Source: Trueperaceae bacterium (GTDB lineage Bacteria > Deinococcota > Deinococci > Deinococcales > Trueperaceae). From it: a stretch of 64,000 bases of DNA. The stretch covers positions 1,472,001-1,536,000 of the forward strand of contig OZ243927.1 in assembly GCA_965213925.1 (NCBI GenBank), given 5' to 3'. Position numbers and translations under genes: made by a program. The notes under the pieces were generated by a model. That model ran no database searches and was not told the origin of the DNA. It was given only the letters and a program-made list of their open reading frames with translations. Of the stretch, positions 1 through 9,517 are shown one piece after another (the first letter of the stretch is position 1; every line of letters begins with the position of its first letter).

Positions 1-1539
1 GCGATTCTGCTCGCCGAGGCGCTAGGTGTGGACACCTTTCGCAAGCAGGTCAAGATTTACGCCACCGACATCGACGACGAAGACCTCGTTAGGGCGCGGC
101 AGGGCGTCTACAGCGCGGACAGGGTCGCAGATATGAACGCAGACCTCTTGGAGCGCTACTTCGAGTACGCCTCGGGCAACTACGTCTTTCGGAACGACTT
201 GCGCCGCGCCGTGATCTTTGGGCGGCACAATCTGGTCTCCGACGCGCCGATTTCGCAGCTCGACCTCTTGCTCTGCCGCAACACCATGATGTACTTTAAC
301 CGCGAGTTGCAAGAGCGCGTCTTGGCGCGTTTTCACTTCGCGCTTAAAGAGGGCGGCGCGCTCTTTTTGGGCAAAGCCGAGACGATGCTCTCGCGCTCGG
401 AGCGCTTCAAGCCGCTGAGCCTCAAGCACCGGCTCTTTACGAAGTCCGAAGGCGGGTCGCTGCGCGAACGCCTCCTCACGCTGACCCAGGCGGCCCGTAT
501 GACCGGGGGTGAGGAGAGCGGGCGCTGGGTGGCGCAAGAGGTGCGGCTGCGCGAAGTCGCCTTTAACGTCTCGCCCGAAGCGCAGGTCGTGGTGGACGCT
601 AGGGGGCGGCTCGCGCTCGCCAACAGCCGCGCCCGCACCCTGTTTGGTCTTTCCGACGAGAACATCGGGCGCAACTTTCAGGACTTGCGGCTCTCCTACC
701 AGCCCGCCGAGCTGCGCACGGCGATGGAGAGCGTAACGCAAAAGCGTGACCTCATCCACCTGGGCGGCGTCGAATACGTCTATAACAATGAGGTGCTGCA
801 CCTAGACGTGCAAATCGTCCCGCTGGTCAACGGGGGTTACAGTAACGGCAACGGTCCGAATGGGGCTACCCCTAAACCTTTGGGCGTCAGCATTCTCTTT
901 CGCGACGTGACCTCTCACAAACGCTTGCAGAACAGCCTGGAACTCTCCAACGCCGAGCTAGAGACCGCCTACGAGGAGCTTCAGTCCACCAACGAGGAGT
1001 TAGAGACCACTAATGAGGAGCTTCAGTCCACGGTGGAAGAGTTAGAGACCACCAACGAAGAGATGCAGAGCACCAACGAAGAACTAGAGACGATGAACGA
1101 GGAGATGCAGTCCACCAACGAAGAGTTAGAAACCATGAACGAGGAGCTGCGCCTGCGCACCGAAGAGGTGGACCGCTTGAACGTCTTTTTGGAGTCGATC
1201 TTGGGCTCTCTGCGCGCGGCGGTGGTGGTATTAGACCATCAGCTTAATATCTATATCTGGAACGCCCGCGCGGAGGACCTGTGGGGCTTACGCGCCGACG
1301 AGGTGGCGGGGCGCTCGCTCTTCACCTTAGATATTGGAATTGACGTGGACGCCCTCAAAACGCCCGTACGCGCCTGCTTGACGGAACAGTCCAAACACGA
1401 AGAGGTGACGCTAGAGGCGCTCAACCGGCGCGGCAGGACGTTTCAGTGCCGCGTGACCTGTACGAGCTTTGAGGCACTGGACAACGATTTACGCGGAGTG
1501 ATTTTACTCATGGAGGAACAAGGGGCGAGTGATGCGTGA
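1..1539 (+). CDS. CheR-type methyltransferase with PAS domains and coiled coil (5' partial)
   Basis: Frame is open from base 1. Motifs IYATDID and LDLLLCRNTMMYF...GGALFLGKAET are typical of CheR, followed by PAS, ELQSTNEELET coiled-coil repeats and a second PAS (WNARAEDLWG). Confidence 0.9.
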   Translation, partial: AILLAEALGVDTFRKQVKIYATDIDDEDLVRARQGVYSADRVADMNADLLERYFEYASGNYVFRNDLRRAVIFGRHNLVSDAPISQLDLLLCRNTMMYFNRELQERVLARFHFALKEGGALFLGKAETMLSRSERFKPLSLKHRLFTKSEGGSLRERLLTLTQAARMTGGEESGRWVAQEVRLREVAFNVSPEAQVVVDARGRLALANSRARTLFGLSDENIGRNFQDLRLSYQPAELRTAMESVTQKRDLIHLGGVEYVYNNEVLHLDVQIVPLVNGGYSNGNGPNGATPKPLGVSILFRDVTSHKRLQNSLELSNAELETAYEELQSTNEELETTNEELQSTVEELETTNEEMQSTNEELETMNEEMQSTNEELETMNEELRLRTEEVDRLNVFLESILGSLRAAVVVLDHQLNIYIWNARAEDLWGLRADEVAGRSLFTLDIGIDVDALKTPVRACLTEQSKHEEVTLEALNRRGRTFQCRVTCTSFEALDNDLRGVILLMEEQGASDA

Positions 1540-1864
1540 GCGAGATAAAAACAAAGTGGGTACGCCGGAGGCTGAAGCGGAGGCGAAAGCGCAAGAGGTC
1601 GAGCGCTTAGCGCGGAAGCTCGAGGCTGAAGTCGCTAGGGCGAAAGAGAGCACGAAGAGGTTAGAAACGACGATCAAACGCGCGGAAGAGGGGATTCACA
1701 CGCTCGAGGACCAAAGCCACAGCTTCGAGGAAACCCTCCACGACGCGCACGGCGAGCATCACGAGACCGAGGATAAGGTTGAGGAGCTAAAGGCCGATTC
1801 TAAAACCGACTCAGATACTGTTTTAGTCATCGAAGAAAGTACAAATGCACCTAATGAAACGTAA
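1532..1864 (+). CDS. small charged coiled-coil hypothetical protein
   Basis: Overlaps the cheR stop; E/K/A-rich heptad pattern. Confidence 0.65.
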   Translation: MRERDKNKVGTPEAEAEAKAQEVERLARKLEAEVARAKESTKRLETTIKRAEEGIHTLEDQSHSFEETLHDAHGEHHETEDKVEELKADSKTDSDTVLVIEESTNAPNET

Positions 1865-1983
1865 GCAAACGTCTAGTTCTAAACCGTAGAAAACGCTACA
1901 CTTTCTGGTGAGAAACTATTATGGAACTCCGGGGTGATTTCGGGAGAGCAACGTGAAGGACGTGGAAAGGACACTTCAACGAC

Positions 1984-3246
1984 GTGGCAACTGGCTTCAC
2001 ACAACGTATTGAAAAACTGCAGAGCTACATCGACACCTTGAAAAAGCGTACCGATGACCCTGTACTCGCTGACCTGGAGGTGTATGAGCAGCTTTCGACG
2101 ACGTTGGAGGAGCTTCAAGTCGCCGAGGAGGAGTTGACGCAGCAAAACGAGATGCTCGTTCAGGCTCAGGAGGGACTGGAGCGCGAGCGGGGGCGCTACC
2201 GCGACCTCTTCGAGTTCGCGCCGGACGGCTACCTGGTGACGGATAGCTCAGGGGTGATTCGCGAGGCGAACCGCGCCGCCGAGCGCCTTTTAGGTAAACC
2301 CGCTGACTATCTGCGCGGCAAACCTCTTTCGGTCTATTTGCATAGCGACGCTCAGCGCGACCTTCGCCAGACACTCGCGCGTCTCACAAGGCGAGAGGAT
2401 GAGGGGAGCGCAGCGCAACCCGAACGCTGGGAGTTAGGGCTCAAAACGGGGTATGAAGGTGAGGAGCCTACCGTAGAGGTCAAGGTGATGCAAGTTCGGG
2501 AGGACGAAGGCGTCACGTTCCGCTGGGGGCTGCGCGAGATCACGGAGCGCAAGGAGATGGAGGAGGCGCTCAGGCGAAGCCAGCTCCGCTTCCGCCAAGC
2601 TTTCCGCATCGGTCCCGTCGCCGCGATCATCACCTCTTTGGAGGACGAAACGCTCCTAGAGGTCAACAGCGCCTTCGAGCGCTTGACCGGCTATTCCCAG
2701 GACGAAGCGCTGGGGCGCACGAGCGAGGAGCTAGGCTTGTGGGCGTCCCCCGAAGACCAGGCTACGATTGAGCGGGCGATGAACGAGGGCGGCGCGTACC
2801 GCGAGGTCGAGCTGCACGTGCGCACGAAACATAACGGCGTGCGCAACATTTTATCCTCCACGGAAATCATCGCGCTGAACGGTCATAACGGCATGTTGCA
2901 CATGTTCTATGACATCACCAAGCGCAAGCAGAGCGAAGAGGAACTTATGCAAGCCATCAACACGGTGATGCAAGACACCGCCTGGTTCAGCCGCTCGGTG
3001 GTCGAAAAGCTCACGCAGCTCCAATCCGGCGAGTTAGACCCCAAGATGGTTTCCGAGCTGACTAAACGCGAGCGTCAAGTTTTAGAGCGCGTGGCGCAGG
3101 GTCACTCCAACGAGGCGATCTCAGAGGATTTGGGCATCGCCAAGCAAACCGTGCGCAACTACGTGACGCGCGTCTACGAGAAGCTGGGCGTACATACCCG
3201 CGCCGAAGCCGTCGTGTGGGCTCGAGAGCGGGGACTGTCGGGTTAA
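1984..3246 (+). CDS. PAS-PAS-LuxR-type HTH transcriptional regulator
   Basis: Coiled coil (LEELQVAEEEL), two PAS/PAC segments, and C-terminal LTKRERQVL...GHSNEAIS...TVRNYVTRVYEKLGV LuxR HTH. No receiver domain. Confidence 0.9.
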   Translation: MATGFTQRIEKLQSYIDTLKKRTDDPVLADLEVYEQLSTTLEELQVAEEELTQQNEMLVQAQEGLERERGRYRDLFEFAPDGYLVTDSSGVIREANRAAERLLGKPADYLRGKPLSVYLHSDAQRDLRQTLARLTRREDEGSAAQPERWELGLKTGYEGEEPTVEVKVMQVREDEGVTFRWGLREITERKEMEEALRRSQLRFRQAFRIGPVAAIITSLEDETLLEVNSAFERLTGYSQDEALGRTSEELGLWASPEDQATIERAMNEGGAYREVELHVRTKHNGVRNILSSTEIIALNGHNGMLHMFYDITKRKQSEEELMQAINTVMQDTAWFSRSVVEKLTQLQSGELDPKMVSELTKRERQVLERVAQGHSNEAISEDLGIAKQTVRNYVTRVYEKLGVHTRAEAVVWARERGLSG

Positions 3247-3303
3247 TCCAGGGTGGAACGGGTGCAAGCCGAGCACTCATCGCGAGTAAGAGAGCATGGA
3301 GCG

Positions 3304-3331
3304 CAGGAGGGATAGAAAATTTATCCTCCTG
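3304..3331 (+). terminator. stem-loop after the LuxR gene, possible terminator
   Basis: CAGGAGG(G)ATA...TATCCTCCTG inverted repeat; weak U tract. Confidence 0.4.
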
Positions 3332-3503
3332 TCTTAGTCTTGCCTTCTCAGTACCCACCCCTGAGTACATCTGCCTCTATTCGTAGCCCCTTTTTTTGTG
3401 TACTCTTAGAAGTAAACAGTAGTCTGTGAGGTCGGTGAAGAGGTTTGTTTGAGACAGCCTCGCGGGTCTTGCGGGCTGTCTTGAATCTACTTTGGGGGTA
3501 GAG

Positions 3504-3734
3504 ATGACACATTTCGGGGAGTACTTCAAACTTTTGGAACGCTTAGACACTTCGCTAGAGTCCACCTCAGCGAAGGAATGCTCAGAAAAAGAGTTGGAGG
3601 CGCGTCTGCGTGAACTTGGTTATATCGTGCGGCACGACGAGAGGCTTGAGCCCTGGCAGCGCACTGTCCTCTTAGAGCAGCTTTTTTTACTGCAACGCCC
3701 TACGCTTGCACCGAAGCGCGTACATGATGCATAA
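3504..3734 (+). CDS. small hypothetical protein
   Basis: 76-aa ORF with a G-rich SD-like sequence upstream and plausible helical composition; no family recognised. Confidence 0.4.
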   Translation: MTHFGEYFKLLERLDTSLESTSAKECSEKELEARLRELGYIVRHDERLEPWQRTVLLEQLFLLQRPTLAPKRVHDA

Positions 3735-4180
3735 GTACCCCTTCCGTTAGGGCATTTGTCACTAGCGGAGGACGACCATACCTGCTTTAATAGAGTACGG
3801 CGTTTGCGTCGTGACATCTGCCGGGGGACGGTAAGCCCACATGAATCCTAAGTTCTGTGGGCTCTTTCTTGGCGGGTCAAAGTGCCGCGGTCCTCAGGCG
3901 ACAGCGGAATTGTACAAAGGTGCGCGCTGGAACATGTTTTTGTAGAGTATGAGTGTTGCTTCACATAGGTGCTCGCACTAATTTAAGTTAAACCAAAAGA
4001 GCGTTGTTAAAGCTGCGCAATACCGTACAGCATTTCCACACTTCGCTGCACCAACTGATTGCGTCTGTTTCTTCTCGCATCCGCTCGCACGTTTCTTTGC
4101 TACAGCAAAGAAACGTGGAAATGCTAGTAGAATCAGCAGTTCGAACGCTCTAGGACAGTCAAAACTAATTAGGTAAGAGT

Positions 4181-4241
4181 ACTTAACTTCGTCCAAACTG
4201 ACCAGATGAAGTCGCGTGGTGCGCTCCCGCTAGACCTGCTA
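4181..4241 (+). repeat. repeat family C, partial copy
   Basis: ACTTAACTTCGT-N7-GACCAGATGA as at 28782-28810; TGACCAGATGAAGTC identical to 49084-49098; ends in ACCTGCTA. Confidence 0.6.
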
Positions 4242-4245
4242 TCTG

Positions 4246-4713
4246 CTAAGCGTGCCACTGCCCTAACATCTTCCGAACGGTCACGATTTGCCCTAAGTGA
4301 TAGGCGTTGTGGTCGGCGATGAGCAGGAGTTGGCGCAGGTAGGTGCGCCCTTCGCCGTGCGGAATGCTCGCGGTCAGGTCAGCCTCTCGCGTCAGTGTCA
4401 CGGCTTCGTCTAAACCCTCCTCGAATCCCCTGCGCGTTTCTTGCCACGTCTCTTCGGGTAGAAAAGATACGTTTTGGGGCCAGTATTCGTCCGGCCACTC
4501 GGGCGACGCCCACTCGGGGTCGGTGGTATAGCGCAAGATATCCTCTTGCGCCACACGCATGTGTTCCAAAAGTTGCCAGATGGAGTGGAGACCGGGCTGA
4601 GCGTGCGCCCGCCACTCGGGGCTGAGGTCCTCTAGGGCGTACTCCAAAGTCGCGTGTGCCTGCGCCCCGCGCAGCAACTTGACGACCTCTTCGCGGAACG
4701 TTTGGTCGTTCAT
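4246..4713 (-). CDS. DinB/YfiT family protein
   Basis: SIWQLLEH and ADHNAYHLGQI metal-binding His pattern. Confidence 0.85.
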   Translation of the reverse strand: MNDQTFREEVVKLLRGAQAHATLEYALEDLSPEWRAHAQPGLHSIWQLLEHMRVAQEDILRYTTDPEWASPEWPDEYWPQNVSFLPEETWQETRRGFEEGLDEAVTLTREADLTASIPHGEGRTYLRQLLLIADHNAYHLGQIVTVRKMLGQWHA

Positions 4714-4928
4714 CAGCTTAGCGTACCAACTGACGCGCCGAAGAGGTGCGCGATGTGAGGCGCGGCGGTGGCGGCGTCTTGCAGCGCGTCGGGGCGGCTC
4801 AAAAGGCGTACCAAGGCGAAGCCTAAGCCGATGAGTAGCGCGATGACGACAACCGCGAGGACAATACGCACGACGATTTGTAAGTTAGAGCGCACCTCGC
4901 CGGGGGCTTCTTTGTTAGGTTCGGCCAC
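4713..4928 (-). CDS. small single-TM hypothetical protein
   Basis: GTG start after GGAAGGA; one hydrophobic segment; stop overlaps the DinB start. Confidence 0.55.
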   Translation of the reverse strand: MAEPNKEAPGEVRSNLQIVVRIVLAVVVIALLIGLGFALVRLLSRPDALQDAATAAPHIAHLFGASVGTLS

Positions 4929-5080
4929 GGTCTTCCTTCCTATAGGGCTCGAGTTGAAAGGGTAATGATGTTTCATGTATAGCCTCGAGCTTTGTGAATG
5001 ACGCTATGTCGGGGTCGGAGCTAGCGAAAGGGACCGTAACGGCGTGACTCCTTTTTCGGCTCCCGGCGCTCGGTGAGCGC

Positions 5081-5113
5081 CCCGCTATCGTAACCTGCCC
5101 GCTATCGTAACCT
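5081..5113. repeat. 16-bp direct repeat, period 17 (CCCGCTATCGTAACCT x2)
   Basis: Read directly at 5081-5096 and 5098-5113. Confidence 0.85.
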
Positions 5114-5118
5114 AAACG

Positions 5119-5712
5119 TCACGCTTGGCTGCGCTCATCCAGCACAGGTTCGTTGCCCGGCTTCCACTTGACCGTACAGCCGAGCGCGTACGTTTCCGGC
5201 TCCTTGACGGCGTCGCCCTTTAGAAGCGCGTTTAAAGCGTCCTTTAACTCGTGCGTGCTCGCCTTCTCGGGCTCCTTGAGGTTGTCGTCGATTCTGCCGT
5301 GATAGGCGAGCGTGCGCTCCTCACCAAAAACCAGGATTTCTGGCGTGCGAAAGGTGCGGTACGCCTGCGCGACCTCTTGCGTCTCGTCGAAGAGGTAAGG
5401 GAAGGGGAGCGCGTGCGTCTCGGCGAACGTTTGCATCCCTTCAAAGCTGTCGTCGGGGTAGCGCGCGGCGTCGTTCGAGTTGACCATGACGAACTGAACG
5501 CCCTTATCTTCGTAAGCTTGCGCCAAGCGTTTGAGCCTGTCCAGCGCGGCGAGGACGTAAGGGCAGTGGTTACAACCCTGAACGTAGACGAAGAGGCTCG
5601 AGTCGATGTCCTCGAGGCGGTAAATCTTCTCATCCACGCCGGGCAGCGCGAAGTCGGGCGCATGTGCGCCGATGGGGAGCGGGTCGGGGTGCGTTTTTAT
5701 GCGGGCTTTCAT
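5119..5712 (-). CDS. thioredoxin-like (AhpC/TSA, redoxin) protein
   Basis: APDFALP, CNHCPYV, YHGRIDD and GCTVKW motifs; GAGGAGG RBS before ATG 5712. Confidence 0.9.
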   Translation of the reverse strand: MKARIKTHPDPLPIGAHAPDFALPGVDEKIYRLEDIDSSLFVYVQGCNHCPYVLAALDRLKRLAQAYEDKGVQFVMVNSNDAARYPDDSFEGMQTFAETHALPFPYLFDETQEVAQAYRTFRTPEILVFGEERTLAYHGRIDDNLKEPEKASTHELKDALNALLKGDAVKEPETYALGCTVKWKPGNEPVLDERSQA

Positions 5713-5761
5713 CAAAGTCCTCCTCAAATCAAAGCTGCTTTCGACGTTCTTTCGGTTATAC

Positions 5762-5839
5762 TAGCAGGTATCATCTGGTTTGAGACGCCCTCACTATAGA
5801 AAACACTGCGTAGCACGCACGCTATGAGATGATAGCTGC
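5762..5839 (-). repeat. repeat family C, compact ~78-bp hairpin copy
   Basis: Ends GCAGGTATCATCT / AGATGATAGCTGC are inverted repeats; its reverse complement aligns ungapped with 49027-49094 (50/68 by hand count). Confidence 0.7.
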
Positions 5840-6008
5840 GGCGTTCTGCCTCAGTATGTTTTGGAAGTGCTATACCGAGCGTGAGGTGAGTTATGTGTAT
5901 CCTTGGGTCACGCCCGAGGAGCTGCCGCGCTAAACTAGAGTGAATGAAAGAGGAGCGAACATCAAGGAAAACAGGGGGAGGGCTCGAGCCTCTAAAAAGA
6001 GTATTGGG

Positions 6009-6200
6009 TACACCGTTAATTAAGTTTTGTTGCACGGACCTCTTACTTGTCACCCCGAGCGCAGTCGAGGGGTCTCGTCCCGCAATCTCCGATAGCAAAG
6101 AAGGCAAATGCAGAGATTCTTTCATCGTTCATCCGACGCTGCGCGGTTCGTTGGACCGAAAGGGGGCTCCGCTGCGCTTCGTTCAGAATGACATAGCTCA
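6009..6200 (-). mobile_element. MITE family A, reverse-oriented copy missing one terminus
   Basis: Begins TACACCGTTAATTAA and carries the reverse complements of the TGTCATTCTGAACG, GAAAGAATCTCTGC and GAGACCC...GGGTGACA core blocks. Confidence 0.75.
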
Positions 6201-6248
6201 CGCTTTACCCGACGCTTTGCCCACCCAATCCACCAAGGACGCACCCCA

Positions 6249-7967
6249 GTGAGCTTTCTCGCGCCGCAATTTTTATGGCTCTTGCTCGCGTTGCCCGTGG
6301 TGGTGGCGCTGCATTTTGTGCGCAGCAGGCGCAAGCGTTTGGACGTGTCCGCGCTCTTTTTGTGGCGGCAAGCCGCGCAACTCGCCGAGCGCCGCCGCCG
6401 CTTTTCGCCGACCTGGTTGCTCGCGCTGCAGCTTCTCTTCGTGAGCTTGGCGGCGCTCGCCCTGGCGCAACCCAGTTTCAACGTGGGGGGCGCACCGGAG
6501 CGCGTGCTGATCGTCGACGCTTCGGCGAGCATGGCGGCGCGGGATGGCGGGTCGACTCGCCTCGAGCGGGCAAAAGCGGAAGCGGCGGACCTCTTAGCAG
6601 GTGCGGGGCGCGTCGCGGTCCTCCGCGCCGGGCTAGACGCGACCGTCGCGCAACCCCTCAGCTCAGACAGAGGAGCCGTCCGCCGCACCTTGCAGGACCT
6701 CACGGCGGCGGACGCGAGCGCCGACTTGCAGCGCGCCCTCGACCTCGCCGCTTCGGTCGCGCCGGGCGCGGAGCTTCACCTCTTTAGCGATGACCTAGCG
6801 GGTGTGGTCGAGCCGCCCGGAAGCGCGCTCACCTTTCACCCGGCGGTACAACTTGACCAAACTGACGTGCCCCTTCAAAGCCCAGCCAATTGGGGTGTCA
6901 GCGCGTTCGATTTGCGCAACCAGCAAATCTTCGTTTCGGTGGTGAGCAACGCGCGCCGTCCGCAAGAGGTCACGCTCAGCGTGACCAGAGACGGTACCGG
7001 GGAGGATAGACCCGTCGCGCAGACCTCGCTCCTCGTGCCGAGCCAGGGGCAGGCGAACACCTCGTTTCCGGTCGAAGACATGACAGGGTTCTACCGCGCC
7101 GTGATCGAGGTGCCAAGCGAAGATGCCCTCGACCTCGACAACGAAGCCTTCGCGGGCAGCCGCACGCTGGGCGTGGTCGTGACGCCGCCGACGCCGCGCA
7201 TAGAGCGCGTGCTGCGCATCTTGCCGGGTGTGGAGGTGCGCAGCGTGCGGTCGCTCCCGGAGGGTGAAGGGGCTCTCGAGTACGACGTTCTCATCTCTTC
7301 GAACCCGCCACCGGAGACCTTAGCGCCCGGTCGTTACCTCTTCTTCAGAGCGCCCAGCGAGGAGCCGCGCTACGCGCAGATCGCCGACTGGGACCGGAGC
7401 GACCCGCTGCTGCGCTTCGTCGACCTGACGGGCGTGACGGTGGGCTTGCCGCCGGAGGACGCCGAAGCCGCCCCGCTGCCCGCAGGGGACTGGCGCACGT
7501 TGGCGCAGACGAGCGACCTCTCGCCCGCCCTCTTGCGCCTGAGCGAGCCGGGCGTCGAAGCCGCCTTGCTCCGCTTTCACCCCTCTCAGACCGACCTGGT
7601 GCGCCGCGTCGCCTTTCCTATCCTCATGACGAACCTAATGGACGCCTTTCGCGGTGAGCCCCGCTTGCCCTTGGGCGCGCCGCTCAGTGTAGACGGGGGG
7701 AACGCCGGCGAACGCGCGACCGAGCCGGGCGTCTATACCGTCGGCGGCGCGCCCTACAGCGTGAGCTTGTTAAGCGCGGCGGAGTCACGCCTAGAGACCT
7801 CGCTCCCTACGGCTCTTAGCACGCAGAGCGGCGCGGCAAACCCGCCTGAAGAGGCGACGGAGCGCCGCAACTTAGGGCTCTGGCTCACGCTCACCGCGCT
7901 CCTCGTGCTGGTGGGCGAGTGGCTGCTCTGGTCGCGCGGAGGCGGAGGCGGGTGGGCGAGGGCCTAA
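6249..7967 (+). CDS. BatA-like N-terminal double-TM + VWA domain protein
   Basis: N-terminal FLAPQFLWLLLALPVVVALHF...LALAQP; VWA motif DASASM; C-terminal TM ending EWLL. Confidence 0.85.
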   Translation: MSFLAPQFLWLLLALPVVVALHFVRSRRKRLDVSALFLWRQAAQLAERRRRFSPTWLLALQLLFVSLAALALAQPSFNVGGAPERVLIVDASASMAARDGGSTRLERAKAEAADLLAGAGRVAVLRAGLDATVAQPLSSDRGAVRRTLQDLTAADASADLQRALDLAASVAPGAELHLFSDDLAGVVEPPGSALTFHPAVQLDQTDVPLQSPANWGVSAFDLRNQQIFVSVVSNARRPQEVTLSVTRDGTGEDRPVAQTSLLVPSQGQANTSFPVEDMTGFYRAVIEVPSEDALDLDNEAFAGSRTLGVVVTPPTPRIERVLRILPGVEVRSVRSLPEGEGALEYDVLISSNPPPETLAPGRYLFFRAPSEEPRYAQIADWDRSDPLLRFVDLTGVTVGLPPEDAEAAPLPAGDWRTLAQTSDLSPALLRLSEPGVEAALLRFHPSQTDLVRRVAFPILMTNLMDAFRGEPRLPLGAPLSVDGGNAGERATEPGVYTVGGAPYSVSLLSAAESRLETSLPTALSTQSGAANPPEEATERRNLGLWLTLTALLVLVGEWLLWSRGGGGGWARA

Positions 7968-8617
7968 TCCGCCCCCGCATCCGTATCTTCTGCGCTCGTA
8001 TCTGAATCTGTTGTACCTGTTTCGCTGAGCGCCCCTACGACGCTAAAACGCACCGTCACCTCGTCAGCCACCGTCGTTCCTAAAAAGCTCGGGCGGTCCA
8101 TGTCGTAGTCGCTCAGGAGCACGCCGAAGTTGCCGCTAGCGCGGAGCACGCGGTTGCCACCCGTGTTTGTCAACGAAACTTCCGCTGGCACTGTAACCTC
8201 GCGTGTAACGCCGTGCATGTCGAGCGTCCCTACCAAATTGACCGTCTCGGTCTCGCCTACCGCCAAGCTCGCCGTTTCTGCCTGCACGCCCTCAGCGGTG
8301 AGCGTAATCACCGGGTACTCGCCCGTCTCGAAGACGCCGCGGCGCGCGTTGGCGTCGCGGATGAGGTTGCCCGAGTCGAACTTTCCGGGGTCGAGCGTCG
8401 CTTCTAAACTCAGCTCATTTAGGGTGTCGCTGTCGAAGGTCAGCTCGAGCGTCTCTAAGGGCGCACGTCCCTGCCAGGTGCTGCGCGAGTCGGAGGCTTC
8501 GTACTCGATGAAGCTCTCCTGCTGCAGCGCGGCGCGGTAGGTCGTCGCCGTGAGCAAGAGGGCCATGAGGAAGAGCGCGCACCCGAGCAGCGCGGTTTTC
8601 AGCGGTTGTTTCGTCAT
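7964..8617 (-). CDS. YceI family protein
   Basis: Signal peptide; SGNLIRD...FETGEYPVI, GTLDMHGVTREV and DYDM motifs. Confidence 0.85.
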   Translation of the reverse strand: MTKQPLKTALLGCALFLMALLLTATTYRAALQQESFIEYEASDSRSTWQGRAPLETLELTFDSDTLNELSLEATLDPGKFDSGNLIRDANARRGVFETGEYPVITLTAEGVQAETASLAVGETETVNLVGTLDMHGVTREVTVPAEVSLTNTGGNRVLRASGNFGVLLSDYDMDRPSFLGTTVADEVTVRFSVVGALSETGTTDSDTSAEDTDAGAD

Positions 8618-8883
8618 AGTTTAGTATGGCGGCTGGGGCGAGCCGAAAAGGTGAGGGGTGTTTCATATCAGCGTGAGCGCGCCGGAAAGGTGCGGAGGGC
8701 TGAAAGGAGCACATTCTAATCTGAATTTTCCTTTTGTACCCAGTCAAGGTCGGGACATGTGCGCTTCACCGCTTTTCTCAGAGAAGACAGGGTATGTTGT
8801 AGAGATGAAGAGGGCATTCCCTCGTGCACGCAAGGCGCTACGATTACTAAAATAAGAGATGTTCAAAATCGGAAGGAGATTAG

Positions 8884-9516
8884 ATGAAGTCTAAAGGAAT
8901 CCTCGTCACCGCGCTTATCGTCATAACCGTTATCTTCACCGCGTTCAACTGGGGGGCGCTGTCCACCTACTTGCCTATTAACTTCCTCTTTTTCCAGGTT
9001 CAGCTTCCTCTGGGGCTCTTCCTCATCGGCGCGTTTCTCCTCGCGTGCCTGCTCTTTTTACTGCTGTCACTCTTTAGGCGCGCGGGTCAGCTTCGCCACG
9101 TGATGCACATCGAGCGTCAACTCGACGAGGTACAAAAAAAGCTGGAGAAGCAGCGCTCCGATGAAATTGTGGGGCTCGAGAACAAGATTCTCGGGCGGCT
9201 CGACGGTTTAGAGACCCGTATGTCCGAAACCGACACCGGCTTTCGCACCGTCGTCAGCGAGCACACCAACCACATCGAGGCGCACGAGCGCGCCCAAGTC
9301 GAGCGCTTAGAAGAGCGCGTCCTCTTGATGCGCAACGAACTCGCCGCCGACATCGCTCAAGTCGAGAGTTCTCTAAGAAAGAGCCTGCCCTCTTCCGGGT
9401 CTGGGTCTGGGTCGTTCAGCGACTCCGCGTCGTCCAGCGGCTCCACATCGTCATCTGGTATGTCCACCAAGCCGGACATCACCGTTGTGGATAAAGAGGT
9501 GAAACGCGCGCCATAA
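8884..9516 (+). CDS. LapA (DUF1049)-domain membrane protein with coiled coil and Ser-rich tail
   Basis: Two TMs with FN...INFLF...LPLG pattern; GGAG RBS. Confidence 0.7.
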   Translation: MKSKGILVTALIVITVIFTAFNWGALSTYLPINFLFFQVQLPLGLFLIGAFLLACLLFLLLSLFRRAGQLRHVMHIERQLDEVQKKLEKQRSDEIVGLENKILGRLDGLETRMSETDTGFRTVVSEHTNHIEAHERAQVERLEERVLLMRNELAADIAQVESSLRKSLPSSGSGSGSFSDSASSSGSTSSSGMSTKPDITVVDKEVKRAP

Positions 9517-9517
9517 A

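Noticed and set aside
22..801. Long antisense/alternate-frame ORFs (also 61969-63075, 23532-24335 and many others)
   Set aside because: They are shadows of well-supported genes in GC-rich DNA and have no recognisable motifs.
3735..4196. Possible ncRNA or 72-aa ORF in the long intergenic gap
   Set aside because: Only one hairpin (AGCCCACA...TGTGGGCT) is visible; no recognisable RNA family, RBS or protein motif.
5724..6252. ORFs 5724-6125 and 5944-6252
   Set aside because: They run through family C and family A repeats, so they are likely spurious.
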